A DNA stretch of 63,919 nt, filler included, from Atractiella rhizophila (taxonomy: Eukaryota): NCBI GenBank assembly GCA_021432655.1. It is 4 parts of 3 records of this genome, joined end to end, with 100 filler letters (N's around TTAATTAATTAA, not from the genome) between each part and the next. Parts side by side here need not be neighbours in the genome. Positions count along the whole stretch, not along the records: positions 31,694 to 51,800 come from MU271695.1; positions 51,901 to 62,328 come from MU271695.1; positions 62,429 to 63,919 come from MU271762.1; 1 more part is not named here. One strand, 5' to 3'. Positions 50,190 to 63,660 of the stretch are shown here, piece after piece. Position numbers and translations under genes: made by a program. A model generated the notes under the pieces. It saw only the letters and a list, made by a program, of their open reading frames with translations, was not told where the DNA came from and did not search any database. How positions within the stretch are numbered: the first letter of the stretch is position 1; each line of letters begins with the position of its first letter.

Positions 50190-53100
50190 CTAGAAATATT
50201 TTGATTTGACGACGTCATCTTTCGTTCCTGTTTCTGCGCCAGCCTCCTCTTGAAACTTAGCTTGTAAATTCCTCAGCAAGCTAGTCTTCATCCTCTTCTC
50301 GAACAGCGCCTGATCTCCCTCACCAAGAGTAACCGTATTCTCGACCTTTTCGACTTGGCCAGTCGTTTGTGTCATTCCAGCGCCGGAGATCAAGCTCTGG
50401 TTGTCCTTAGAAGCTGAAGAAACCGACTCATCCAACTTGAGCTTCGATTGAGCTATGTTGTAGATATCCTCTTCGATCGTACCCCGACTGATTAAACGGA
50501 TCACGGTCACATCCCTTGTTTGACCTAGACGAAATGCTCGATCTTCTGCTTGTCGATCGTTATGAGGGTTGAAGTCTTGGTCGTGAATGATGACTGGAGC
50601 GCAACCCTGGATCAGACGATGAGAGAGAAAGGAAGACGAAAGGGTATACCTGTGTTAGCTGCCATCAAATTCAGTCCCAAGCCTCCTGCTCGAGTTGAGA
50701 GAAGGAAGACTGTGATGTCGGTATCCTCTGTGAAGGTATCGACGAGACCCTGCCGATCTGAAACTGTAGTTTGACCAGTGAGTTTGAGGTATCGAATTTG
50801 CATCGTATCGAGGACGGCCTCCAGGATATCAAGGACGCTTGTAAACTGCGAAAAGAGGAGAATACGGTCTCCTTTTTCTTTCAACTCAGGTATCAGTTGC
50901 CGGAGAACATCGATCTTTCCTCCCTGCATCCACGGCTCGTTCGGGAGCTTGTACTTCTGCAATGAGTGTCGAGTGGCACATATTCGATGGAGCTCGTAGT
51001 CCGTGTACAGCTCGAGCTCTTCGACAATGTGTTCGAGCTCAGAGTCCATGAAATCTGGCTCCATTAGACATGATTTGCTGATTTCTCGAACCTTTGCATC
51101 AGAGTAAAGCTTTCGAAAGAGCATCGGGTGATTCGCTGCCTTGCGAAGTTCCATGAGCACATTGGCGGAGGAGTTATTTGTCGTCTTCCTGCCTGTCTTC
51201 GTAGTCTTTGTGTTCTTCTTGACCTCTTCACTCGATTCTTCCCCTGCGAGTTTGTTAATGTCGGCGGCACCCAATAGGGTCTTTTTTGATCGAAGCTTTG
51301 CTTGTCGTGAGTTTTCAAACAATGAAATGAGCACAACACACACCATGGTTTCTCGATAGACTTGACGCTGCATGTCTGTGAGCTCGCAGTATTCGATGCG
51401 TTCCAATTTTTGAGGAAGATCTTTGAGAACCTGAAACTTTTTTCGCCGCAAGACAACTGGAAATGGACCATCAGCGCGTGTGCCAAAACCGAAAAGGACA
51501 CCTTACAAGGAGTCATCATCTTCTTGGCTCGAGTGATACGCTCTCGTGAAAAGTTTACTTGAGCTTCAGGAGGCACCTTAAAGATGGCGCGGAGACTTTC
51601 TGCGGCATCCTTGTCGAAAATGTGAGGCATGATGAAGCTGAGAAGGGACTGCATTCGAATGCATCTCCATCAGTTGGCACACACAAGGCGACTTATTTGA
51701 CACGGACCACGAGTTCCTGCAGATTGTTCTGCAACGGAGTGCCTGTCAGGAGCAGGCGCCATGAAACCCGTATTTGCATTAGCTCCTTGTACTTCTTTGA
51801 NNNNNNNNNNNNNNNNNNNNNNNNNNNNNNNNNNNNNNNNNNNNTTAATTAATTAANNNNNNNNNNNNNNNNNNNNNNNNNNNNNNNNNNNNNNNNNNNN
51901 AGGATTTCCCCCGAGCTCAACCCTTCTTGCTCTTTCCCTCCCTTCAAATTCACTATCGCTATCTCCACCAGAGAATACCGCTTCCTCCTCGTCCTCATCA
52001 TTGTTGTCCTCGATCTTCCTCTTCTTCCCTTTATTCGTATGTTCCGTTCTCTTAGGTTCCAACTTCTTTTGTAGTGGCGGAGGCTTCGATGTCTTGACAA
52101 TATAATTTTTGGCTGGAGGTTGTGATGGAGGTGGAGCAGCAGAAATCACCCTGTCTCTCCCCCTCTTCTCCATCACAGCCTCCCTCGCTCTCCCAGCATC
52201 CGTTCCAAACTCTGCCCTCAGCTGCTTCAGTTCCGAACCTGAGAGCCGGAGATCCATAAGATCGTCGAGGAACTTCTTCTCTCTGTCCTTCTCGCTCAGT
52301 TGTATCGATGCCACCTCCTTCGTTAGACCTAAGGAACTCGTAGACGATGCTGCACTCTCGTTGGTGCGGAGATAGGGACGCCGCGTCAATGTGACGGCCG
52401 GGGAAGAGTCGAGATTGACTGGGGAAGCTTTACGCTTGTTCTTGGAAGATGCAGAAGGGGTATCGAGGTTCATCACGCTGCGTCCGTTCGTTTGCTTTCC
52501 AGATGAGGAGGAGACTTGCTCTCCATCGTCCATCTCAACATCTGACGAATTGACGACAGTCTTTGCAGTCCGCTTCAATTTGATCTTGACAGACTTCCTC
52601 TGCTGGACGGGGCTACTCTTTTCTCCATGCCCTTCCTCATCTGAATGGATGACTCCGTGCTTGATCTTCACTCGTGCAGCACTCCGTGCAATCGATTGAG
52701 CGGCCGACTGCAGATCGAGATCGATCATATCGCTGTCGAGGGAGGAGCGGCGAGACGCGGAGGTGTTTGGAGGGGATGTGAGGATGATAGGCGAACTGAC
52801 CTCCTTCTTCTTTCCCTTCCCATTCCTGGCAACCTCCACCACCTCATCGCTAGACGGCACTTCCTCCTCCTCTTCCTCCACAGCCCTCCGAAGTTTCTTC
52901 TTCGGTCGCTCCTCCTTCTTTCCGGTGGCCTCATCACGTCGAGAAGTAGTAGGAACGCCACCCTTTCCCCAACCCACCTTCGTCGCGGCCTCCAGCATCG
53001 GATCAACATAGTCTTCTCCCACTCCAACAGACTCCTCTCTCCGCCCGCGCTTTCCATTGCCATTGTTATGCTTCTCAGGAAGCTTGAGCAAAATCTTCCT

Positions 53101-53358
53101 CCGAGGCGAACCCTCCTGGAGAGTGGAGGCAGAAGAAGGATAGGGACTTTCCGCGGCTGAGAGAGAGGTGGAAGCAGAACTGGAGGGGAAGGCAGCGGCG
53201 GATCGGGCGTTGATTGATGTTATTAGGCCTATGGATAAAGGTTGGGCGTCAATCAGGGTTGTCACTTTGATATCGATGATGGACTGGGATTGATTACATA
53301 TGTTCGTAAAATGATGCAAGTACATGGGTGCACCAACCGCCGCATTGCAAGACTGCAT
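50190..53358 (-). CDS. FUN30: SNF2-family chromatin remodeller of the Fun30/SMARCAD1 type; helicase motifs I-II lost in the 51801-51900 gap
   Basis: [86 protein letters not shown] low-complexity N-terminal ORF lies beyond the gap; linkage across the placeholder gap and the start are inferred. Confidence 0.82.
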
Positions 53359-54250
53359 GCATCGTCGACACCGTCAACGCGTCCATCGCGAAAGCGTCAG
53401 GTAGCTCTACTGCACCAGGTACAAAAGTAAGGCTCCCTACACTCCATTTCGGGATAAAAATTCAAGCACATCCATTCCAACCAAAAACCCAAAGACGCGA
53501 CCTTGACAAAGCCCAGTACAGAGGGAAGATACGCACCACTCGTCTCTCTCGTTTCCCTGTCACTTCGTACCATCTTTCCTACCTTCAAGTCAGGTCTCTA
53601 CTGCTCTATCAGCAAATGCTAGGAATCTAGTTCTACCCTTCGTTCTGCTATGGTTGCTGTGTTTTGTGATGCCAGAAGAGGTCGATTTGAGAGTTCCGAC
53701 TGGCGCACATCAACTTGTCCGAACCAGAGAGATTTGGCCACGTGATGTAATTGCGAATCTGCTGCCACACAAGTTTCCTCACTTGCCAGTATTCTCTTTC
53801 TTCTCTTCATTGTTTCCTTTGCCATTATCAGTTTATGACTGCACTGTTGAGTTACGAAAGCAGCATGCAAACGTGTCGGCGGAACAGTAAATCCAAACTC
53901 GCCATGTCTGTGAAAGGAAGTGCGGACTCGGAGGGTCGCAGAGGCGCTATGAAAAGCTCTTCTCACAAGCGCGTGGGAACGAACTTGAAATGAAACGGGT
54001 GGTGTAATCTCACACAATCCCTGATCTTCTCCTCATCATCAGCGCTGCACTCGTGCTCGCTCGGATGAAGTTACTCAGATCTCGCACTAGCATTGTGATG
54101 CGAGGGCTCTAGGCTCGGAGTATATATAGACATATATAGCTGCGTCTTATCTATCTCTCAAGAAATCGAAATTCCTCTGCTCAAAAGGGAGGACGTTCTT
54201 CCTGCGCTCGCCGTTCCGAGTCGTTATCCATTCACGGATTGCTTCGAGAG

Positions 54251-56496
54251 ATGTTCCTCCCACTCATCTCCCTCCTTCCCCTCGTCCAACTGACGGCTGC
54301 CTCTCCCCTCCTACCTCGCAACTCTTCCCATCCTCTCCGTGATGGCGAGGCGAAAGGAAGTCGGGGAGCAGCAGTCTCGGAAGTGTCAGTGTGCAGCGAG
54401 CTCGGAGTAGGCATTCTCAAAAAGGGCGGAAACGCAGCTGACGCCGTATGCTGTCTTTTTCCCCTCCTGTGCAGATTTCAAACGGATTGTAGGCCATAAC
54501 CACTTCTCTTTGCGTGGGAGTGACCGCTTCCTACCACTCCGGCATCGGCGGTGGTGGATTCATGCTAGTCCGCTATCCGAAGGCACACTACTCATCCAAG
54601 GGCCAAATCAAGTCCTGGAGCCACGAATATACATCCTTCGACTTCCGAGAGACCATGCCTGCTCTAGGAAATGAGACTATGTATCTCAACTCAACCATTC
54701 CAAAGCCTTCGACGGTCGGAGGATTGGCTGTAGGAGTGCCAGGAGAGATGAGGGGATGGGAGAAGTTGCATGGACGCTTTGGCAAGCTGTCGTGGAAGGA
54801 AATCGTTACTCCTGTCGTTGAATTGGCAAGGGGAGGGTTTAAGGTCCATGTGGATTTGGCAAATGCTTTGAATGCCAGTATGTCTTTAATCACGACCTAC
54901 CTCTCCGCCGCATTGATGAGAGAATAGATACTTACCCGTTCTTACTCAACGATACACTATGGGCTGAATCTTTCGCTCCTAATGGGACACTACTGAAGGA
55001 AGGGGACACCTGTTATCGACACCGTTTGGCGGACACGTTAGAGAGGTGTGTCTCTTCTCATATGTTCCTTCTCAGCTTAATCGTGGGAGGCAACAGAATA
55101 GCAAACAACGGCCCGTCATACTTCTACCACTCTAGCATTGCGGAAAACATCGTCTATGGTTTGTCTTCCTTTCCCTGAATGAATCGGTCATTCCTGACCC
55201 CCTCACAAAGCTGCTGGAAACCGTTCCGGGATAATCCAACTCTCCGACCTCCAATCCTACACAGCTATCGAGCGTTCTCCCGCCCAAATCAGCTATCGCG
55301 GTCATAAGGTCACTTCCACCATCGCACCCAGCAGTGGTACGGTGGTGCTGAGTGCCCTCAAAATATTCGAGGGATTTGAACCTAAAAAGCTGGGATGGAA
55401 CGAGAGCACTCATCGGATTATTGAGGCTGATAGATGGGGATATGCCCAGAGGACGGAGTACGGAGATCCCGCGTTCACGAAGAATGTCTCGTGGTTAGAA
55501 AAGTGTGTTGCCTGCCCCTTTTCTCAACATTGGAGAGAAGGACTAATGCTGATGATGGGCAGGCAAAGTCTTACCCCAGCTGTTTATGAAGCTGCCAGGG
55601 CCAGGATTGACAATACGAGCCATCCTGCTGTTTACTATGTGCGCAGTCCAATCCTGTCATTGACCCATAGTGATGAAGATGTGAGACAGAACCCAGACAA
55701 CAACGTCGTACTTGACGACCATGGGACCTCCCACATCGCAACCGTGGACGACAGCGGCCTCGCCGTCACTCTCACTACCACTGTAAACCTCTACTGGGGT
55801 AGTCAAGTAATGACGGAAGATGGGATCATCTTGAACGATGAAATGGACGATTTCTCCGTATGTCTCTCATCTCCCCACCTCCCCGCTTCTCTCGCTTGCA
55901 ACAAGCTGAATGCCGACACAGAGCCCGGGACAAACGAACGCATTCGGCTACGCTGCTTCTCCAGCCAACTACATCCGTCCAGGAAAGAGACCCCAAAGCT
56001 CCATCAGTGCAAGCATGGTAGAGGATCTTCAAACTGGGACCTTACAATATATTACTGGCGCAGCTGGAGGAAGCAGGATCATCACTGCGAACCTGGAGCA
56101 TATCAGCCAGTACGTGGATTGGGGTAAGGATGCTTGGGAAAGCGCTCACGAGCCAAGGTGGCACGATCAGCTCGGGAACGTCACTTATGTATGTTGTCTT
56201 TCCTCCTTCTGTCTGTCTTCGAGGATATTGAAGAGCAGGGGCACAGGTGGAATGGAAAACACCCCGTATTGCGGGATTCAACAATGCTACTGTTGAATTC
56301 TTGAAGGGGAGAGGACATAATATCTCGTACACTGACGATCAGGGTAGCACGAGCCATGTCATCACGAGAGATTGGGTAAGGGCACTCTTCCTCCACCGCA
56401 GTTACTTGGGGGACCTGATTGTCATCTGAACAGGATGGCACGTTCACTGCTGTCGCTGATCCAAGGAAAGCAGCTGGAAGGGGAGCAGCTTACTAA
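54251..56496 (+). CDS. Gamma-glutamyltranspeptidase with an N-terminal signal peptide
   Basis: GAAVSEVSVCSELGVGILKKGGNAADA; SGIGGGGFML; DFRETMP; VGVPGE; DHGTSH (Thr nucleophile); TTTVNLYWGS; LNDEMDDFS; PGKRPQSS; GAAGGSRI; DPRK. Confidence 0.93.
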
Positions 56497-57688
56497 TTTA
56501 TTTGAACAATCATCAAAAGCATACTTCTATACTAGGGACGCCTAGTTGATATACCTAATCCGTAACACACCTGTGCACCAATGCTTCAGATTGCTCGCTT
56601 AACTAGTCCATGTCTGCGTGACTTAGGGTCAGGGTCTCAATTTCGTAAACCTCCACGTTCTGCTCCCTCTCATAATCGCAGTTTCTTCCAGCCATGCGTG
56701 AAGTCGGTATTCTACGTCCTTTAAATAACCATGTCATGGGCAAGCTATTGCTCTCCTGCCTCTCCGACTGCAAGATCGACGGATTCAGTATGCCTTAGCA
56801 AGAAATACCAACGTTAAACCTCTAGGCTCTTTACTGAGGGAAACGCGAAGGAGTTGCTGATCTGTTCCAGTGAAACTGAGAGATTGCGATTAATGGGGAG
56901 AAATAAGCCTAATTTGGCTGGAAGGCGTCTTAGAATAACAAGAGAGTGTTAATGTTGGATGTGCTTTTTTTGCGGACGAGTATTGGTGCGCATGTCTTTT
57001 TCGGGGCTGAAGAAAGAAAATATGGGAGGGAGGTCCGCCAAATTTGTACAAACGGCTTCTCCAGTAATGAGTGATACCTGCTCGAGGCTTCAAAAGGTAT
57101 CTGCAAGACGAATGCTATCTGCCGTGTATTAATCGATCAAGTAGTTCTGATGAGTGCGGAAGCTAATGGTGACTCTGATTCCTACATGGATACATTGCAC
57201 TCTCCCGTTGATGGTATTCAGACACCGGCCATTTTTAGTGCCAATCCACCCTCCTGTATCTACTCTCTGCATTTCCATTTCCTCGATTTTGTTGATGTTG
57301 AAAGATATCTGTATCACTTGACATTGCTTGCTTCAAAAAGGAAATTTTTTTGTTGCTCTCTGAGCTCTAAGCGAATCCACATGGCAAATTTGTATTTCGA
57401 TTTTCATTTTTCAATTGCGATCAATACTGGGCTTGCTGCATTCCTCTGACTTCCTGGAAGTGTCTGACTCTATACGGTGGCCTATATCCCTTCTGTTGCC
57501 ATGCACACATAATCCAATGTTCTGCATCAGAAAGCTTTGTCACAAAGGCGGGTGGAATCACATGACTTTGAACTTTAGTGACGAGGGTGACTAATAAGCC
57601 TGGTCAAAGTGCATTAATGAAAGAAGACCCAGATTGAAAGGTGGGGAAGGAGGAGGCTGCATCTTCACACGATTGAGCGAAGATTGAA

Positions 57689-59189
57689 ATGGTCGCTTCA
57701 CTCCACCATATCCCAGCTTTCTTCTACCGCGGTGGAACAAGCCGCGGTCTCATTTTCCGTGCCTCCCATCTCGCATCCTTGCGGCCATCCGCTCGTGCCC
57801 AAGTTCTGCTTCAAAGTCTTGGATCTCCAGACCCGAATGGTCGCCAGATTGATGGCCTTGGAGGTGGAGTAAGCTCTCTTAGTAAAGCGTGCGTTATCAG
57901 CGCCCCGGGAGAAGGTTTGGACAGTATGAGGAAGTATGGAAGGTTAGAAGGTGTGGAATGGGCCGATGACGTGCAACGGGCAAAAGGGGAGAACGGATGG
58001 GACGTCGTATATCGGTGAGCACACTCTAGCCCATGACAAAGACACAATCTCATTTGTTGTACCTAGCTTCTGTCAGGTTGGAGTAAGGAATGACAACTTG
58101 GATTGGTTTGATCTTGTTCATTGCTTGGCTGCAGCGGAACTGATTCATTCCAAGGTCTGGAACGTGTGGAAACATGCTCTCAGCAGTTGCACATGCCGCA
58201 GTCAACCATGGGATTGTCCAACCAACTGAATCTGAAGATGCAGCCATTTCCACCCAAAGTATCCGCATCCTTGCAGCTGGCATCGGTACAATATTTACTT
58301 GCCAGGTTCCCATTGATCATGCATCTGGGAATGTATATCTCCCTGGTTCTTCAGGTGAAGACCATTTTTGGACTACTCACATTGCTGGAGTTCCTGGAAA
58401 AGGGACTAGGATCCAGTGTTGGACCCCTTTGAAGAGCGCAAAGGCAGCAGCTGAGAAGATGATGGGGTTGGTCACATCCAGAGAGTTGGATACTCTGAAT
58501 GATAAGGTCCTTCAATTTCTTGTTGCAGAGATGTTTTGATATTGTCAAACAGTTTAAGTTCTCAGTCATCGATGCCGGACTTGCGAACATCTTCCTTGAC
58601 TGGCAGGAAATAGGCCACTTGATTGACATATACCAGACAAAGAATTCGGTTCCCCCTCTGCAAATCCTTCAGCCAGCTGAACTGGATTCCACACCAGAAC
58701 TACATCAAATACTTGAAGGTATCCGAAAAGAAATCTGCCAAACTGTGCGTGGCTCCTACCCTAGTCGCAACCCGCTAACAGGCTCTTATTGATGCAGTAT
58801 CATATCCCGATGACATCTGCAGGACCAAAAATTGTCTTGCTCGACCGCGTCAACCCTAAGCATCCCATCAAGTTCACAGATGGATCGACGCTCGGTGCGG
58901 ATAAGCCCGCTCCTTCTCTCATTGTCAGAGCCATAAGCGTTGGCAACTTCCACCGCACCATCCCTGGTACAACGCTCGCCAATTTGGTCCTCTCCCAAAA
59001 GTATAAAGGATCTTTGCCTTCTCTCATCTCTGGTTCAGCCACAACGGGTAGCTCTGCAAGCAGTGTCGTCGTGGCGCATCCAGCTGGAATTGTTGAGGGA
59101 ACGTTGAGAGACGAAGGGGGAATTCCTCATAGCGTGGTGGAAAGAACTGCAAGGGAAATCATGCGTGGTTCAGTTGCGGTGACGTTGAC
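57689..59189 (+). CDS. PrpF-family isomerase (diaminopimelate-epimerase-like fold); 3' end abuts a gap
   Basis: YRGGTSRGL; GSPDPNGRQIDGLGGGVSSLSK; FCQVGV...D(W)SGTCGNMLSAV; C-terminal VERTAREIMRG. Confidence 0.88.
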
Positions 59190-60094
59190 NNNNNNNNNNN
59201 NNNNNNNNNNNNNNNNNNNNNNNNNNNNNNNNNNNNNNNNNNNNNNNNNNNNNNNNNNNNNNNNNNNNNNNNNNNNNNNNNNNNNNNNNNNNNNNNNNNN
59301 NNNNNNNNNNNNNNNNNNNNNNNNNNNNNNNNNNNNNNNNNNNNNNNNNNNNNNNNNNNNNNNNNNNNNNNNNNNNNNNNNNNNNNNNNNNNNNNNNNNN
59401 NNNNNNNNNNNNNNNNNNNNNNNNNNNNNNNNNNNNNNNNNNNNNNNNNNNNNNNNNNNNNNNNNNNNNNNNNNNNNNNNNNNNNNNNNNNNNNNNNNNN
59501 NNNNNNNNNNNNNNNNNNNNNNNNNNNNNNNNNNNNNNNNNNNNNNNNNNNNNNNNNNNNNNNNNNNNNNNNNNNNNNNNNNNNNNNNNNNNNNNNNNNN
59601 NNNNNNNNNNNNNNNNNNNNNNNNNNNNNNNNNNNNNNNNNNNNNNNNNNNNNNNNNNNNNNNNNNNNNNNNNNNNNNNNNNNNNNNNNNNNNNNNNNNN
59701 NNNNNNNNNNNNNNNNNNNNNNNNNNNNNNNNNNNNNNNNNNNNNNNNNNNNNNNNNNNNNNNNNNNNNNNNNNNNNNNNNNNNNNNNNNNNNNNNNNNN
59801 NNNNNNNNNNNNNNNNNNNNNNNNNNNNNNNNNNNNNNNNNNNNNNNNNNNNNNNNNNNNNNNNNNNNNNNNNNNNNNNNNNNNNNNNNNNNNNNNNNNN
59901 NNNNNNNNNNNNNNNNNNNNNNNNNNNNNNNNNNNNNNNNNNNNNNNNNNNNNNNNNNNNNNNNNNNNNNNNNNNNNNNNNNNNNNNNNNNNNNNNNNNN
60001 NNNNNNNNNNNNNNNNNNNNNNNNNNNNNNNNNNNNNNNNNNNNNNNNNNNNNNNNNNNNNNNNNNNNNNNNNNNNNNNNNNNNNNNNNNNNNN

Positions 60095-60507
60095 ATTGCT
60101 CCAGTGAGGATACACACGTTGCAAAACAGCTCTCCGCTCAGCCATAGCATTGTCTTCGAGGTCTCAACAATGCGGATGACGATATCTACATCCTGCCCTA
60201 CCTCGGAGCGACGTAAATAATGACCCACTATGTGAACTGGGTGTTTGTCTTTCGAAGGCAGCAAATCCACGCCATCTGGAGGAGAACTGATAAATGACAT
60301 CGTAGCGCTCAAAATAATACCGAGTAGGTAACCTTTATCCACACAACATTAATGGGTGAGCAGAAGAACACAAAATAACTTGCCGCCTTGAGGAACATTC
60401 CCAAAATCGAACGCCCAATCGGGATCTATCGTCTGCCTGTAGACTGCCGCTGTGTTGTCTAGAGTTTTCCAAAAGGAGGACACAAGAGCTTTGTTCAACG
60501 GCGCCAT
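60095..60507 (-). CDS. Thioesterase-like (hot-dog fold) protein, 5' part; the rest lies in the gap
   Basis: MAPLNKAL...IDPDWAFDFGNVPQGG|YLLGIIL...HPVHIVGHYLRRSEVG: the W..VP.GGY and HP..(S/G)H(F/Y)L pattern of fungal thioesterase-like proteins. Confidence 0.65.
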
Positions 60508-61420
60508 ATCTCTGAGGGATCAGCCCCCATCAGCAGGCTTTTATGTTCGCGGCTACGGGATTTAAAGATTTACATGCTGACGTGCAAACCGCTGACAGCG
60601 GTGACCGTTCTGCTTGATATTTCCGTCACGCTGGCACTCAAGTGCTTAAGGTTGAAGCCTGGAAGAGCTGCCGCTCCACCACGGAATATCTACGATTTTC
60701 AGTCTGCTGCAGACGTCCAACCTGACACTGTCACAAAAGAGTTATACGTATGCTAACATTAGGTTCTCATTTCTTCCCTGCTTCTTCCAACAGTGTTTAT
60801 CACTGATCTACCAAATATCAGGCTGAAAAGGTTGGAGTTGAATTGGTCCTTAGGATTGTAGCAGACCCGTCCCATCACGAAACATGCTAGGACCGAAAGG
60901 TCAATAATATGCCCGCCCCTTTGCAAAAGGGAATCACTTGAGATCTCTTACTAGAACTATGCAAGGACGCGAAGAAAACAAAACCAAGAGTCAGTTTGCC
61001 GTTGTTGATGCCTTTCAGGGAAAGAATCATATCGCTTCTTCTTCGCATCTTCCAGAAGGTCAAAACGCCATTATGCCAGTCTACAGCACATAATTAGAAG
61101 GCTAATGTTGGCTAATGAACGAGCCGGAGCAGAGACGGACGAAGTTGACGAAGCCTAGAAGGCGTCGGAACGGACTACGAACATCCACGACATCCTGAAT
61201 CAGAAAATATAAATTGAGCACACACGCTACTTCCAAACCTCTTATCGGTAGGTTTGCTCACTGCTCCAACGTACTGTACCGTCCAGATACCTCTCGTCGA
61301 CAAGTGGCTGCAGTATTTCTGCTGTTGTTTTGGATTTGTCATCCTTCGTGGTCAGGTGATCAATTTGAGCTTGTTTTCTTTTCGGTTTCAACCACCGAGG
61401 CGATAGATGCCCTGCTCAGG

Positions 61421-62328
61421 ATGCTGCACTCTCGACCTGTCGAACACGCTCAATCCCGCCGCCGGATCCACGTAGACAAGGAAAATCCCTCGTCCGCCCA
61501 CCTTCCAAAACTCGCGGGTAAAAGCGCCATCCTGAATGACGTCCCAGGGCATTCAGGGAAACAGAATGAAGGGAAAGAGGGCAAGGAAAAGATTTTGCTC
61601 ACGGTCAATGTGAAAGGGGTAAAAGGCAAAGAGAGAGGTACGTGTTCTTGTTTTTCAGACGTGTTGGAGGGGTTTGTAGCGGTTTGTAATGTTTGAAAGG
61701 GCTGCATGATCTTGCATGACTTGTCAGAAAATTTTGGGGGCATGAAAGCCGACTTATTTCGTTATCCGATGATTGATATCGGTGTTCGGCGCGATAAAAA
61801 GGAAACATCTCTCGTGTTATCCTACTTTCGGCGAAAGCGAGATGAATCTGACTGCTTTCCTTCCCTCAGCGTTATCGCCTCCCCCCAAGACTCCCGGTCC
61901 TGCTCCTCAGACTGGTAGGAAGCCTAATCCCAGTACTGCTCTTCGCCCAAAGCCGCTCAACACCACTGCGAAGAAGCAAAGATCGTCGTTGAAGTCAACT
62001 ACTCCTCTCGCACCACCGCCACCTCCCGCTCTTCTTCCTCGACAGTCCGCCTTCTCTCCAGGCAGCCTTAAGACTCCGTCCCCAGGGAAGAGAAAGAAGA
62101 TCCGATTTTCCACACCTCTTGATCCAGGTCTGCTCAATCTCAATGGGGAAGAAAGTGTTCAGGAGACGGAAGAGCAGAAGTCGAGGAGAGAATTTATGGA
62201 GCGTGCGTTGAGAGGCGAGGAGGATGTAGAACATATGCCTGGGAGGGAAACGGAGGAGGAGACAGATGCTAGAGAAGAGCGCATCGCGTATGAGGAGATC
62301 TTACAAGATGTAGAGGTGCCCAGGTTGC
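61421..62328 (+). CDS. Disordered protein with a KEN box and an EDVEHMP motif, securin candidate (3' end in gap)
   Basis: Exon 1 has DKENP. Intron 61638-61869 joins it in frame to a TP/SP-rich basic region followed by EEDVEHMP. Confidence 0.35.
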
Positions 62329-62617
62329 NNNNNNNNNNNNNNNNNNNNNNNNNNNNNNNNNNNNNNNNNNNNTTAATTAATTAANNNNNNNNNNNNNNNN
62401 NNNNNNNNNNNNNNNNNNNNNNNNNNNNCTGATTTAACCTAGCTACTCTTTTCACGAAGGCGGAGGCATAGGTGCCACTGGTCTGTCTTCAACTCCACCG
62501 TATTGTCCTGAACTTATTATTGAAAACTGTAAAGGCGTTTGGGATTTTGGGACATATCTTGTTCACGACTCGAATTCAGGAGGTGATCTCGACCCTTCAA
62601 CCTCTGAAGACTCAGAT

Positions 62618-63289
62618 GTGGGACCTAGCTCTTTAGCCCAAGATATTTCTAAGTGGCCCGGCTACATTCAAGAACAGCGGCTGGGGAAAGCATATCGAGC
62701 TGTAACCTCTGCAGCTGATGATGGGGGCGTCCTGACACGGTCTCAACGCTCAAATCATACCTCAAAGAAAACACGAGGGTTCATTGTGGAGCTGATCGGA
62801 AAACGATATCACATCAAGATCGCTTTTACACACGAAATTGGAAATGTCAAATATTCAAAGTCCAAGTATAACGGAGCCGCACAGATTAGGAGGAATTGGA
62901 TCTTACAACTCGCGACCAAGGGAGGCAGGATATTTAAGGAGGATACGAGCACCGATCTAAAGGATAAGAGTCTGCTTACTGGACGAACTATGGACCAGAT
63001 CAAGAAAGACGGGGTTGATTTAATTGAATTCGATGGGACGGTGCCGCGCGAAGATGGGTTGGAGTTCAATGATTCGGAGGAAGGGGATGATATAGAAGAC
63101 TTTACCACTACTGAGGGAGAGAGGAGCGTTCGCCGACCTGTAAGAACAACGAGGGAGGATGCGGAGCTCATCAGAAACTTGAGAATGAGACCGGGAGGCG
63201 GTACGAAACCTGTCCTGGAACTTCCCATTCCTGGTCCTAGTCGAGGAAGGGGAAGGGCAAAGGGAAAGGTAAGGGGTCTGAAAAAATAA
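62618..63289 (+). CDS. Hypothetical protein, probable 3' exon of an unrecognised gene
   Basis: 223-codon open frame without an ATG start, ending in acidic then basic stretches. No family recognised. Confidence 0.35.
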   Translation: MGPSSLAQDISKWPGYIQEQRLGKAYRAVTSAADDGGVLTRSQRSNHTSKKTRGFIVELIGKRYHIKIAFTHEIGNVKYSKSKYNGAAQIRRNWILQLATKGGRIFKEDTSTDLKDKSLLTGRTMDQIKKDGVDLIEFDGTVPREDGLEFNDSEEGDDIEDFTTTEGERSVRRPVRTTREDAELIRNLRMRPGGGTKPVLELPIPGPSRGRGRAKGKVRGLKK

Positions 63290-63323
63290 TATACGTATGT
63301 CTGTGTTTCCTTTAGTCAGCCGT

Positions 63324-63660
63324 CTATGTGCAACGCTGTGATATCTCATCCACCCCTGAGAGATGTCCTTTTACGAGGAGATGTGGTGCGATTGCAGAAA
63401 CTGGAAACTGGCGAAAATCTAGATGAGAAGAGCGGTGGGCCTTCACTCTTTGACGAGTGCAATCAAGGTTTGGTGCTACTGCTCGTACCATTCCATGGTC
63501 AATTTTCAACGCAACCCTGGCTGGTTCTGGGTCATGTAGCGTCCCTCGGTAGACATGAGCGTGATAGGTGGAAGTAGATTTTGCACCAATTGCACCATCT
63601 TCGCAACCGTGGTCTAAGGAGGGAGGACCGTACAGGCTATCCGGCCCTGAGCCTGCGTAG
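63324..63660 (-). pseudogene. Possible degenerate protein-kinase N-lobe fragment
   Basis: One frame reads AHVYRGTLHDPEPARVALKI (subdomain I-II-like), but no HRD or DFG motif follows. Confidence 0.25.

Noticed and set aside
56500..57680. 1.2-kb intergenic region with short ORFs
   Set aside because: No recognisable coding motif, RNA gene or repeat; consistent with the GGT 3' region and PrpF promoter.
58789..60342. Long ORFs of 328-452 aa in the ORF track
   Set aside because: They read through 905 Ns; only the flanking PrpF and thioesterase-like exons are real.
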